This document shows, one piece after another, positions 14,343 to 25,811 of a stretch of 64,000 nt of DNA. The stretch is from Marsupella aquatica (lineage: Eukaryota > Plantae > Marchantiophyta). A model generated the notes under the pieces. It saw only the letters and a program-made list of their open reading frames with translations. It made no database searches and had not been told where the DNA came from. The stretch is taken from assembly GCA_973895155.1 (NCBI GenBank), contig OZ316892.1, positions 4,486,510-4,550,509 on the forward strand. Reading direction: 5' to 3'. Made by a program: the position numbers and the translations under genes. Numbering within the stretch: position 1 is the stretch's first letter; every line of letters begins with the position of its first letter.

Positions 14343-15689
14343 ATGTCCGTTATGGTCCATTTGAAGTGTAATACCTGTTGTGCATCCTCCTCCCCAGTAG
14401 GACTCGTCATGGCGGCTCTGAGGAGGGGGGTTCACAATCTACACATGGGCAGTAGCAACATGGGTTCACTCTCCTACTGGCAATCTTCTTCTGCACATTC
14501 TTTTCGGAAAGGCAATGGGATAAGTCATAATAATGGCAACAACAATAAACACTGTTGGTGGCATTCCTCTAGATTGCAAATTGCAGGAATTCGTCCTGTA
14601 CATGGTCCTGTCGACGGAGTCAGAATTTCCGTAAGTACTAAACGCAGTCATGTAATCATCAAGGAGGTAAGGAAGCACAGCAGCAGTAAAGATTTCAGGT
14701 TTAAATTCATAAAGGGTGGGAGAACTTTAACTAATTCACAGGGGCCATTGGTGGGAGGGAGAGGAAGGAAAGGAGTAGGGGAGGGTGCACCCACAAAACC
14801 CTTAGTTGTCACCACAGAGGGTCCTTCCGAGCTCTCTCTTGAATCCAGTTTTGGCCAGGTCTCTGGGGATTTGGAACAGGATTCTGAAGATGCTCAATCA
14901 GGAGAGTCTTTTCCTCGTGGGACTTACCATTCTCCTGAGGTGGTAGCAGCAGAAGAACATGCAAGTGCTCTACCACACGCACACGCACACGGACACGCGC
15001 ACACAGTAGCCATCAGTGAGTCGGAAGTCGGACTCATGGCTGAACTGGAAGATGCTCTCGGCTTCCCACTCAGCCTAGCACCTCAATCCCCTGCTCCCAA
15101 GCCTCTAGTCATCGTCATCAGCGGTCCAAGCGGAGTGGGAAAGGATGCGGTCATAAAGAAACTCCAACATACTCGAGGAGACATTCACTTTGTGGTCACA
15201 GCAACAACAAGGCCAATGCGGCAAGGTGAAGTGGATGGCCTGGATTACTACTTCATGAGTAAAACTGAATTCCAGGAAATGGTCGAGAACCACGAGCTTT
15301 TGGAGCACGCCATAGTTTACGGAGATTACAAGGGCATTCCCAAGCAACAGGTTCGGGAGTTTATGAGCCAAGGCATGGACGTTGTTTTGAGGGTAGATGT
15401 TCAAGGAGCAGCCACTGTTCGATCGATCCTGGGCTCTGAGGCGATCTTCATATTTCTCGTAGCTGAAAGTGAAATGGCACTTGTGAAGAGGCTGATCGAG
15501 CGCAAGACCGAGACCATGGACAAGATGCTAGTCAGAGTAGCCACTGCCAGAGAGGAGTTGACCCGCATGGAAGAATTCGATTACGTGGTAGTGAACGAAG
15601 AGGGATGCCTCGACAGAACAGTTTCACTTATATGCAGCATTATTGATGCGGAAAAGGCTAGAGTGAAGCCCAAGTCTGCAGAAATTTAG
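14343..15689 (+). CDS. Organellar (plastid/mitochondrial) guanylate kinase, GK3/virescent-2-like, intronless
   Basis: 448-aa ORF with P-loop [43 protein letters not shown] and LRVDVQGA. The N-terminal extension is Ser/Arg-rich and transit-peptide-like. Confidence 0.93.
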   Translation: MSVMVHLKCNTCCASSSPVGLVMAALRRGVHNLHMGSSNMGSLSYWQSSSAHSFRKGNGISHNNGNNNKHCWWHSSRLQIAGIRPVHGPVDGVRISVSTKRSHVIIKEVRKHSSSKDFRFKFIKGGRTLTNSQGPLVGGRGRKGVGEGAPTKPLVVTTEGPSELSLESSFGQVSGDLEQDSEDAQSGESFPRGTYHSPEVVAAEEHASALPHAHAHGHAHTVAISESEVGLMAELEDALGFPLSLAPQSPAPKPLVIVISGPSGVGKDAVIKKLQHTRGDIHFVVTATTRPMRQGEVDGLDYYFMSKTEFQEMVENHELLEHAIVYGDYKGIPKQQVREFMSQGMDVVLRVDVQGAATVRSILGSEAIFIFLVAESEMALVKRLIERKTETMDKMLVRVATAREELTRMEEFDYVVVNEEGCLDRTVSLICSIIDAEKARVKPKSAEI

Positions 15690-18600
15690 TCTCGAATTTT
15701 TTCTAAGGTACATCATCCACTAAGAAGTCACGGGACCTACCACAACTTTCACTGCGAATTGCATACTACAGATTTTCTCGCATACTTAACTCACTGAACT
15801 GTCTCTTTCAAAAAAATTCTTCATTGAGTTAGTTCAGGAGGATGTTACCGTGGACTACTTGTTCCTCCTAGTTCTCGAGTCTGAACAGTCGGGGGACTTG
15901 AGAGAGAGGTGGTACCCATTTGCTGCTTTCCCTTTGTCACAATTATAAGGAGCTTCTGCACAATTTCATTTGATATGTACTGTGAAGCAAGGTTATTCAC
16001 GCCTGTCCATTGAAGTTGTGAGATTCGACGAAAGAGTTGGGCGGTTCCTGTAGCCAATTAATTATGACCTGACTTTTGTCTGTCTGTGGTTATTTCCTCT
16101 CCTGGCCTTCTGAACCTGTACGAGCACCTCTGAATGCTTTTGTGGGTTACTCAGGTAGTGATTTGATCTCAGGAAAGGGCTTGTGCGTTTCTTCAATCTG
16201 GCTTCTTCATCTATGTGGATCGACCTTTCTTCTGCTCATATTTGAGTTGCAATTGCTGTTGCTTTTTGGCCTCAAGAAACTAAGATGTCCAGTAATCCAG
16301 TAGGTGCCTCCGACATTCTTGTGGCCGTCCGTATATTCAAGAAGGATTGCTTTTGTTCGCTGGGAAGTTTTTTGAACAATGGAACGATTTCCACGTCATA
16401 GCAATGAAGGACAAACTGAACTTCCGTAGACAATGTAGGCGGAACAGTGTGGTATCTTTGAGAGAACTCTGGATGTGCCAGTGCCACTATCCTCATGGTA
16501 CCAAAGTAGTTGCCACTTTGGAGTTTGGTTTTTACCCCCGAAGCCAATTTTGAATTTCATGTCTCCAAGTCTCTTGCTCTAAATAGTTACCATGGATTGC
16601 TTTGTTTTTCAGCTCGAAGTGCAGCTGGCTTTAATGGAAAATGTACTGCAAGATTTAACAGCCTTCGCTTGCCTAGTATCCGGGCCAAAGACATATGAGG
16701 CCACCCTGGGGCGAACCGACCCTAGATGCCCAAAGGCAGATCACACACCACTATAGTACTCCAAACTCCTTATCCAAGAGGCAAAGAAGTAAAACGAACA
16801 AAGAGGTTTCTCTGTTCGGGTGGCTAAAAAAATTATTTATCATCAATGCCTCTGGTCTTTGCACACATCATTCCAAATTCGTCCTTCGTTATGACAAACG
16901 GACAAAGCCTCCGGCATCAGGTACGGACAAAGCCTCCGGCATCAGGTTTACAACAAGCAACCTTGTGATGGTGACAAGCCAAGGATCGCTACCCTGCCAA
17001 ATAACGCTCTTTTACAGTCTCATCAAATAAATCATCACAGGAAATTTGGGATTTGGAATGTGAAACTGAATTGACTCTCCGTCTATCTGAATTTGGAAAT
17101 GTGTTGAATCGAAAAGGTTACGCATCTATCTGGCTTCGAAGAAATATTTCGATGGTCACCACCATTTGCAGTTACCACAGCACATGTTTTAGAACTTCCA
17201 ATCAATAGATCCGACATCGAATCTGATGAGTTTTCCTTTACTTCCATTCCGATACTCTTGAGTGACACATGCTTTTTGCCAGAATGTGGCAATGTCCTCA
17301 CTGAAGAATTGCTGGGCATTTTCACAATCTATTCATGTGAGCAAGGAGATAAAAGCGAGCAAATTTTGAACTTTCAACGATGCGGATGTGATCATATGCA
17401 TGCAATTTTGAAGCTTCAACAATGCAGATGTGATTATATGCATTCACCTGTGGCATTCACCAATTTCTCGTTTAGCACCTTTGAGTGGATATATCCCCCA
17501 CAAAACCGTTAATGAGATCTAGTGCAGCTAATTGACAAGAATTTCGAACCTTCCACCTCGAGAAATACTACAAACGCCAGCCCAAGCTTCATAAGATACC
17601 GTCTTCATTAAACGAAAAGATTCCAGGGCTTGCAGATAGCTACCGACTGCTTAAAGTTCATTCCAATATAGTAACAGACAAATAGGTGGAAATTCCGGTA
17701 GTGTTATCACAAGCGCATCAAACTAGAGTTGTCAAATAAACTCAGGGACGTTATCAATGCTGTGCACAAGACTAGCCAAATGAAAGCCCCGATGGTCCAC
17801 CACAAAGGCAAACCTGATTGTTCTCGAACACCTGGAAAATTATGGCCGCCGAAAGTTTAATTGGCTAATATTCTTGATTTAGAGACATAAGTGTCGTCAC
17901 AGGTTGCTTCTAATTCCGTAGCTTGCTGCCCTTGTGTCTCACAAGACTTGCCAATCTCTCGCCTCTTCGGAGCTATGAGTATTGAGCTGAATCTGTGCAT
18001 AGTGCCCAAACTGGGGATTTGTGTACTTCGAAGTGAATTCCTTCATAATTCATCCATTCCTTCTCTCATTCACACGTCGGAAGTGAGCCGCTGCAAGGGA
18101 ACCTCTTTAACGGGCAAATCTTGAGATGGTGCTCGAAAATTGAATCAAAGAGATTTTCAGTCAATTGGAAAGACCTGCATCAATTTAGTTCAAATCCAGC
18201 TAACCATTCAATCGACCCTGGTACATTCTCTCCAGATTGTCTCCATTCCCATTTCACCTGTATTTGCACCGTGTCTTCCTGTTCCTCTGATCTTTCACAT
18301 CAACTCCACATCCTCATTGCTTGCTTGCTGCATGCCTGAGAGGACGATGGTGGCACCATATTTGAGCAGATCATTTCATTGCACTCAGTATTTTACAGTA
18401 ACTATTTGCACTCTTCCTGTACTACATTTTCTGCCTGTTCATTTGAGTTTTAGAATAAGTTTACGAGGATAGATCAAGGGCTGATTGGGTGAGGGTGGAC
18501 GATCTCATGCAACGGCAGCTGCCCCTCAAGTACTCAACGGCTTTAGGTAGCTGAATTGAATGGGGAGCTCGTGGGCAACAGTTGAAAGTAATCCAGCGGC

Positions 18601-19286
18601 AGCAGAACAACAACAACAGGAGCTGAACAACTTTTTGAGCAGCACTTCATGCTAAGGGAAGATTGTGGGTAAGATCTGAACTGATCAAGAAGAATGATTT
18701 TCTAAGATCCGGAAGTACCGCAGGACGTGATTGGATGCTATGAATCTTCGCTTTGCAGAACTATGAATAATGAAAAAAAATTTGGAATTTGAACAATTGT
18801 TGGAACGTACAATTACAGGGCCCACTCGGGAACACGATACGTGTTTGCGAAACGCACAGGAAGATATTATAGGATATTCGTCATTCTTATCAGTAGAGTA
18901 GTTCCGAACTTGAGTAGGAAAGTCTCGGCCATGGTGTGGGTCCCGATCAAAGTGTTCTACATCAACAAATTACAGCGCAGCTTAGAGTAGTTCTAAAGTC
19001 GCTCAATGATATGAACAACAGTTTTTACATTCCATACCCTGATGGCATGTCTTGTATTAAACAAATTGCCAGAGTTCAAAAGTGCTTTACTGTACATCGG
19101 CAAGAGGCAATATTTTGCAATATTGTGCGGATTCGGGTGACGCCATAGCGGCGAAAAAGTCTTCCTTTACCAAGTTGCACCGAAGTAGAGATTTGGATTA
19201 GCGAACATATTGAACTTTAACGGCAGACTTTTGGATTATGAAATCGCACCTAAGTTGTTTCTTCAACAATCTGCGCGAAAAGGAAA

Positions 19287-19577
19287 AGTGTGGGTGGGGT
19301 GTGGTGGGGGGAGTCCAGGTTTCTCTTCAGCCCCTGGCTAGTCCGCTTTGGGGCTTCGGTCCAACCCTCTCTCCCTCCTGGTACTGGGTATGACCCCAGT
19401 GTGGGTTACCCTACATGATCTCTTGTGGGCTACCCTACAGATGTGCATGCTCCGGAGTTGATCGTCTATCAGATGTGCATGCTTCGGAGTTGATCGTCTA
19501 TCTTCTGTCTCCGGAGTTGATCGTCTATCCTCTGTTGGATGGGTCAGCTTATTCAAGGCAAAAATAAAAATAAAAAT
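19287..19577 (+). mobile_element. 5'-truncated copy of a SINE-like retroposon body with (AAAAAT)n tail
   Basis: Aligns by eye with the reverse complement of 23210-23420 over ~200 bp. Has an internal triplication of CCGGAGTTGATCGTCTATC and ends ATTCAAGGCAAAAATAAAAATAAAAATA. Confidence 0.6.
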
Positions 19578-20230
19578 AGAAGGCAGCAGTGTACAGCCTT
19601 CGGCGGTCCGTCGCCTCAGTCTCGCTTTGATGCCGGCCGAACGTCCACCTCCAACGTCACCCCCGAGGTCTGCATCTGTGAGAGACGAGGAGCAGGAGCG
19701 GTGAGCGCTCTGAAACACTGATGCGAAGACGCGGAAGAACAAGGGAAGTGTAAAATCGGCTCTCGTTTCAGTTACTGTTATTGCTGCACTGAAGGGCTGC
19801 CAGTCTTCTCAATTCGTGGAGGTACTCTTTCTCTGTGTCTCTTTGTTCAATCGCTGCCTTCTGAATGGGGGGGGGGGGTGGATCGTGCTGCGCTAAACGC
19901 AGTCCTAATGCGAGCTTCCGTTTCTCGATCTAATTTGCTTGCAGGTCATTTCTCGATCGATCTGCTCTGCATTTACAGGTCATTTATCCATCTGATGTGC
20001 ATTTGCAGCTCATTCCTCGACTGTCTGTGCGCTTGGAGATCAATTGTTGGTTGGAGCGATGATGCGACTTGCACCTTCCAACTTGTCTGTGGGAGCCATA
20101 CATCTTACCACGACCTTATCAGGTTCCTTCTCGATAGAAATTCTTGAGACCTATGAGATTACAAGAAATTCTTCAACCTATGAGATTACAGTCACAAATT
20201 TTCAACTACTGCAATCTTAGAATTCCATGG

Positions 20231-20485
20231 ATGACATTAGATTGCTGCAACAAAATACTGTGAGGTTCTAGTGTTTTTCTACTCTACTCCCCTTGTGAGC
20301 AACAATCTTACGATTCATCGATGACATTAGATTGCTGCAACGAAATACTGTGAGGTTCTAGTGTTTTTCTACTCTACTCCCCTTGTGAGCAACAATTTTA
20401 GGATTTATCGATGACATTAGATTGCTGCAACGAAATACTGTGAGGTTCTAGTGTTTTTCTACTCTACTCCTCTTGTGAGCAACAA
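20231..20485. repeat. Tandem repeat, 3 x 90 bp
   Basis: ATGACATTAGATTGCTGCAAC.AAATACTGTGAGGTTCTAGTGTTTTTCTACTCTACTCC.CTTGTGAGCAACAAT at 20231, 20321 and 20411. Confidence 0.95.
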
Positions 20486-21200
20486 TGAGAATGTGTCACA
20501 TTGATTGCACCTGATCCCATCATGTTACTTAGTGCATGTAATAACACCACAAGAACTTGGGAGATTTTATCATGGTTCTAGTCTTTGTTTAGTGTATTCA
20601 TTTTCTGTGACACTAACCATGAGAGTGTCCTACATGAGTTGTACCTGTGGAACCCCTTTCAGTATCCACAGACCTGAAAGCAAAGGAAACTCTGGGGATT
20701 CTATGGAGTTATTTCTTCATGCTTTTGATCTACAATTGACAGGTTTGCATTTTAACACCATTCCTAAGATTGTAGTGATGTTGGTCTATTTTTTATGAAG
20801 TCATTGTGGATGCTTATGACGTTGTTGACACCATGATATTTTGATTGTAGGTGTTTCTAATCAATTTCTCCCAATCCTACAAACTGTGAATACATGCAAC
20901 ACAAACTTCCCGAGTTAGTCAGTTAGGTAGGACAACAACACATGCGTTTTATGTTGATATGTATGCAATAACGTTCTATTTATAGCACAGTGTCATGGGG
21001 TGTAAAATCTACACCTAATCATGACCTTTAGGTAGAACAAATATCAAGATAAGGTGTTTATTACTGGCAAACCAAGTGACACAAGTTTGTGCAGTACAAT
21101 AGACCCAGATCCATTACAGTTGAACGTTACTCTATATATATTAGTATAAAATGCGTGCGACATAGTCTAATCTCCCTCTGCAACCAACTTGAGAGGTTTG

Positions 21201-21313
21201 TGTTGCACACTCCACATATATAATTTTGAGACATTTTTCAAAAACAAGTTTGACTTTTCTGTTGCACACTCCACATATATAATTGTGAGACGTTTTTTAA
21301 AAGCAAGTTTGAC
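21201..21313. repeat. Direct repeat, 2 x ~59 bp
   Basis: TGTTGCACACTCCACATATATAATT.TGAGAC.TTTTT.AAAA.CAAGTTTGAC twice. Confidence 0.85.
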
Positions 21314-23209
21314 TAAAGTCGTCCGTGTCAACATTGTCATAGGTTGTCACAATGACTTTCTCCAAAAATAGAATAATATTTCTACAATTTTAGGGGAAAA
21401 TGTTTAAATTGTTAAATTGTTAGGTAGTATTAAGAGAGTGAAAAAAAATTTCATAGAATCTTCAAAGTCATTTTAGCATTGAGACACTGACTGTGTTGAG
21501 TTAGAACCTGACAGGGGTGGGGTGCAATTCATGTGAAACAAAGTCATTGTCATCACAACAATGGAGTAGATAAATACTGGAATCAAAGAGTAGTATAAGA
21601 GAGCCATCTAATCCCAATGGCGACATGACGGTGTTTGAGGCTATAAAAATTTGAAAGTTTTGATTGTGATCTCTCCGGGAATCCAGTTTATTTCTATGAG
21701 GAATGTGACATGGTGGTTATACAATGTATGCCGGCTTATATTGACAAGCTAGGACGACAAGTAGACTTTAGTTCAAGTTTTGAGGGACTATCATTATCCA
21801 TAAACCCTAAACTGTTTTCTATTTTTAATAAAAGTAGAGGATAAAGATCAGCTTTGAAAATTTGTAAGTCTCTCAGTTCTTAATGAAATTTGTTGATATT
21901 AGGTTTGTTGAGAACCTTTCCAGCAGTTTCTAACAAACCCAAGAAAATAAGATTCTGTCACTAAGATGTCAAGGGAGATACGAAATGCCAAAATTAGCTT
22001 CTAAAAAGCTTTAGGAAACATAAAGTGTGGACACTGAGTATTGGAGTGCTCTTTATAAATTCCTAACTCTCCCAATTATTCATGAAAAATAGAGATCTGC
22101 ATGCATTAAACATTTGGAAAGGTCTTTTGGAGCCTCTTCTAAAGAGCCCAAGAACAGTCAATTCAACCAGAAAAGGGGACATTGCTGCTGGAAACCTTTT
22201 GGAAACCCAAGGATGTCAACAAGAAGTGTTAAAGGTGTAAAGGTCCATGGGAGCATCACTTTCTCAGTCAGGTAGTAGTTGACTAACCAAGCATTTAAGT
22301 AAATCAAAATCTTCCACATCACCAACTTGCATCTCATGATGCTGAATATATGGTCTAAGGCATTTATACCCTCATAAATCTCAGGGATATGCAAGAGCAG
22401 TACAAATCATATTGTGTTGCAGGCCTAGTAAGTATTCCCATTTCTGATTTGAGCCAGAACATGGTTGGCCTGTTTGTGGCAGACATAAACTGAAATGGCC
22501 CTTGCATATATAACCTCCCATATGCCTCCCCAAACACAAAGGTTCCACAGTGGGCCATTATGCATAGTTACATGGCCTCCCATATGCCTCCCCAGACACA
22601 AACTGAAACGGGAACTGAAAACCCCCTTAACCTTTACCACTGGTTCCCCTGACTGTGGGCCATTACCCATATATGGCCTCCCATATGCCTCTCCTCATAC
22701 AGATGTATAGTTGACCTTAATACACAATAATGGTCACCATAAATAATATATCTACCCTCAGAAAAGTGTGTACAATAAATGGTCACTATTATTACAAACT
22801 TAGATTTACTACTTTGACACTTTTTTGTGAGAAATGATTATATTACAATGAATTTTAGATTATTTACTAGAATGTCACCTTTTCATAGCAATGGTTACCA
22901 CCTATAACTCATAAGCATCCAATGGTCAAAATCATTCCACATGTCTGCATCAGATGGGAGGGATTTCCCTCAAAAAATCTTTATCCAATCTGTTCTGCCC
23001 CAACTGAAGGAGTTGGTGCCCTGCCCTGCCCTCCCTCCCTCTCCCGCTGTAGGAAATCTCTTTATGGGGGTTTTTGGACGATTATGAGTTAACTATAGGT
23101 AGTTAATTTAACCACTGCTAGAAAAAAAGGTGGAATTTTAATAAATAATCTAAAAACCATTGCAAAGTAGTAATTTCCCACAATAAAGGTGGCAAAGCAA
23201 TAAATCTCT

Positions 23210-23675
23210 CTTTTTGCCTTGAATACCAAAAGCTGACCCATCCAACAGCGGATAGACGTTCAACTCCGGAGCATGCACCTCTGTAGGGTAGCCCACAATG
23301 GGGGTCATACCCAATACCAGGAGGGAGAGAGGGTTGGACCAGAGCCCTAAAGAGGACCAGCCAGGGGCCGAGGAGAAACCAGGACTCCCACCACTACACC
23401 CCATTTACACACACTCACCCTCTATAACCTGACCAAACTTCTAGCCTGCTTATATCCCTTCAGTCACTCATTTATTTGTTCTCATTTTCTGTAGAATCCT
23501 CAGATTGCCCTCTTCAATCAACTCCCACTATTAGACTCCCACTATTAAACCCCACCCACAGACACACTCACCCTCCACAACCCTTGCATGTGGAAGGGGG
23601 ATCGAACCTGGGACCTCTCGGTTCTAGGCCCAGTTGGTTCAAAACAATCAATCTCAGTTACGTTAAACCCTAAGA
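23210..23675 (-). mobile_element. tRNA-derived SINE-like element: Pol III head, body and A-rich end
   Basis: The minus strand reads GTAACTGAGATTG (degenerate A box)...CCGAGAGGTCCCAGGTTCGATCCCC (B box/T-loop). The body start GAGGGTGAGTGT..GGGGT...GTGGGAGTC is present twice. The rest of the body is shared with 19287-19577. Confidence 0.6.
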
Positions 23676-23820
23676 GTTATAACCCTTAGAAAAGGGTGTG
23701 CAATAAAAAACCCCAGTGACCTCTCGGTTCTAGGCCCAGTTGATTCAAAGCAATAAATCTCAGTTACGTTAAACCCTCAGAGTTATAACCCTTAGGAAAG
23801 GGTGTGCAGTAAAAACCCGA
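23612..23820 (+). promoter_or_regulatory. 106-bp tandem duplication upstream of RPL20 carrying site II (GGCCCA) and telo-box (AAACCCTAA) motifs
   Basis: Units start at 23612 and 23718. Each has AGGCCCAG; unit 1 has AAACCCTAA and unit 2 has AAACCCTCA. They lie ~270-480 bp before the ATG at 24088. Confidence 0.55.
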
Positions 23821-24087
23821 GTGTGAGCCGAACTCCTAAGAGCATGTTGTTCATCACAGAAGGAAGGGAGGACAGAGAATTGGAAATCGCGATCCAGCAA
23901 GGGAGAAACAAGGCAGGAGACTTGACGGGATGTGCTAGCGCAGTAGAGCGTTCGTTCAGTACTGGGATTATGATGAAGTAAAGCGTTCGACTGGGTGGAT
24001 AGGAAGGGAGCGCCTGTCAATCCAAGCACGGTGCTCCGGAATTTTGATTGTGAGGGTAGCAGACGGAGGTCGTCGAAAGCAGGAAGG

Positions 24088-25180
24088 ATGAACAACTGGG
24101 AGATTCTGCAGCTTGCGAAGGGTTTCCGTGGCCGAGCGAAGAACTGCATCCGAATTGCCCGCGAGCGAGTGGAGAAGGCGCTGCAGTATGCGTACCGGGA
24201 TCGACGCAACAAGAAGAGAGACATGCGCGGCCTCTGGATCCAGCGCATCAATGCCGGCACCCGGCAACATGGGGTCGGTTTTTTTCTCCTCTCATTGCTG
24301 GGTCTTTGCTCTTTTGTGATTTAGTTTCTCCACCAAATGGTTGCCTGAAGCGCCTCACTGGTCGATCACTGGGCTTCTTGTATTTCCCACCTTCGGTGAA
24401 ACAGAAATTCATTTCCCCCGGAGCTGGCTTTTTCTTCTGGATAAATCTCAGGGGGACTTGTGAGGGGTCGAATGTTCGTCTCCTTCACTTGGGTTTATTA
24501 TTGTACAACCTTTTGTGAACATTCTGCCTCACAAGTGCCAATCCCGTTGCCCGTATCCTGCGAAGTAGCAATCTATTTTCTCTGTGACATCGGTTGCATT
24601 GGAGCCCTTTCTGAAGCAGTAGTCCAGCTCGTGTGTGATTGGTGTGTGTTGTTTGATGGGGTATTTGGTCAAGATTATACCTTGTCTTGAACTCCAATTT
24701 CGGAGATGATGTTGTGCATTGACGTTAAGTGATTATTTTACATTGGCTTGCATTCGTACCCTGTCACCCGAAGTGAGATTTTAGGCAGCCAGATCTGTGT
24801 CCTTCTACCTCAATCTGCTGCTAGGGTTTACGATTTTGTTCATAGTAGTAGATTAAAAATGACAATGTTTGGGATCGTGTGGGCATCTGAATGCTTGTAC
24901 AGTCATTCTGCTACGAGCTTCAAGAAGTTCATTTGAGCTAAGCAAGTTAAAGGCAGTCTCTGACTGCACTGTCGCATCTTTGTTTTTATGGCAGGTGAAT
25001 TACGGACAATTCATGAATGGTTTGAAACAAGAGAATGTACAGTTGAATAGGAAAGTGCTTTCAGAACTCGCAATGCATGAGCCTTACAGTTTTAAAAGTT
25101 TGGTAGATGCGTCTCGCGATGCCTTCCAACATGCTCATGGTACCAGGATTGTAATAAAGGGTGTAAAAACAGCTCCTTGA
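24088..25180 (+). CDS. rpl20: Nuclear-encoded mitochondrial-type 50S ribosomal protein L20 (bL20), 2 exons
   Basis: Exons 24088-24273 and 24995-25180. Sequence [49 protein letters not shown]...VNYGQFM...[22 protein letters not shown]. Confidence 0.96.
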
Positions 25181-25811
25181 TTACTGGAAGATTCACACGA
25201 CTCAAATTTTGTTACAGGGATAGGCTTTCTAGTTAGTGGTGGATGTCCTATAAGTGCCAATCTGACGGACGTTGCTTTGCGTCACTGAGAAACTCTAGAG
25301 GAAGCGAAATTGGTGTATAACTGAAGGTAGGAGACATTGATTCACATATGTGTTACTCAGGTTTCTGCAATGACTTTTTCCCGATTTCCAGTTTCAGAGC
25401 GAAGTAGTCATCAATTTATAGTCAAAGCATTCTCCTTATTTCATGCCAGGTTTCTAGGCGACAGAGTAACCTGGAGAATCTGTCAGGTTGATTGGAGCAG
25501 ACTTTTTTAGTCTGTGCTGTCATTCTTGGAAAGTTTTCACAGGTCTGTTTTAATCAACTAGGAACACCCTTTAGGTCGACATTCTGTGATTGACCCCACG
25601 TCATTGGACAAGTAGTGGACTTTCCAGTACGTGTCGATGTCATCACTTGTTCATTGATTATATTGTAATGTCAGACGTTTGTTCGACACTTCGACAGACC
25701 AATTAAGAGCTACATGACGACATGAGTGACTTAGTTTGTAGATCCTCGTCTCAGATACGAACATTTATTCTCAGCTATGAAGAAGTGTAACTGCTCTACA
25801 GAAAACAAAAA

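Noticed and set aside
19287-23420. Single long-TIR (MULE/foldback) element
   Set aside because: No TSD was found, and the A-rich tails plus a tRNA-like head favour two SINE copies; kept only as an alternative.
23590-23675. Functional tRNA gene
   Set aside because: The B box is good but the A box is degenerate and no acceptor stem or cloverleaf could be formed; it fits a SINE head better.
23769-24270. Antisense ORFs over rpl20, and similar shadows over the GK, RUP, PAP and transposase genes
   Set aside because: They are shadow frames of well-supported genes on the opposite strand or in another frame.
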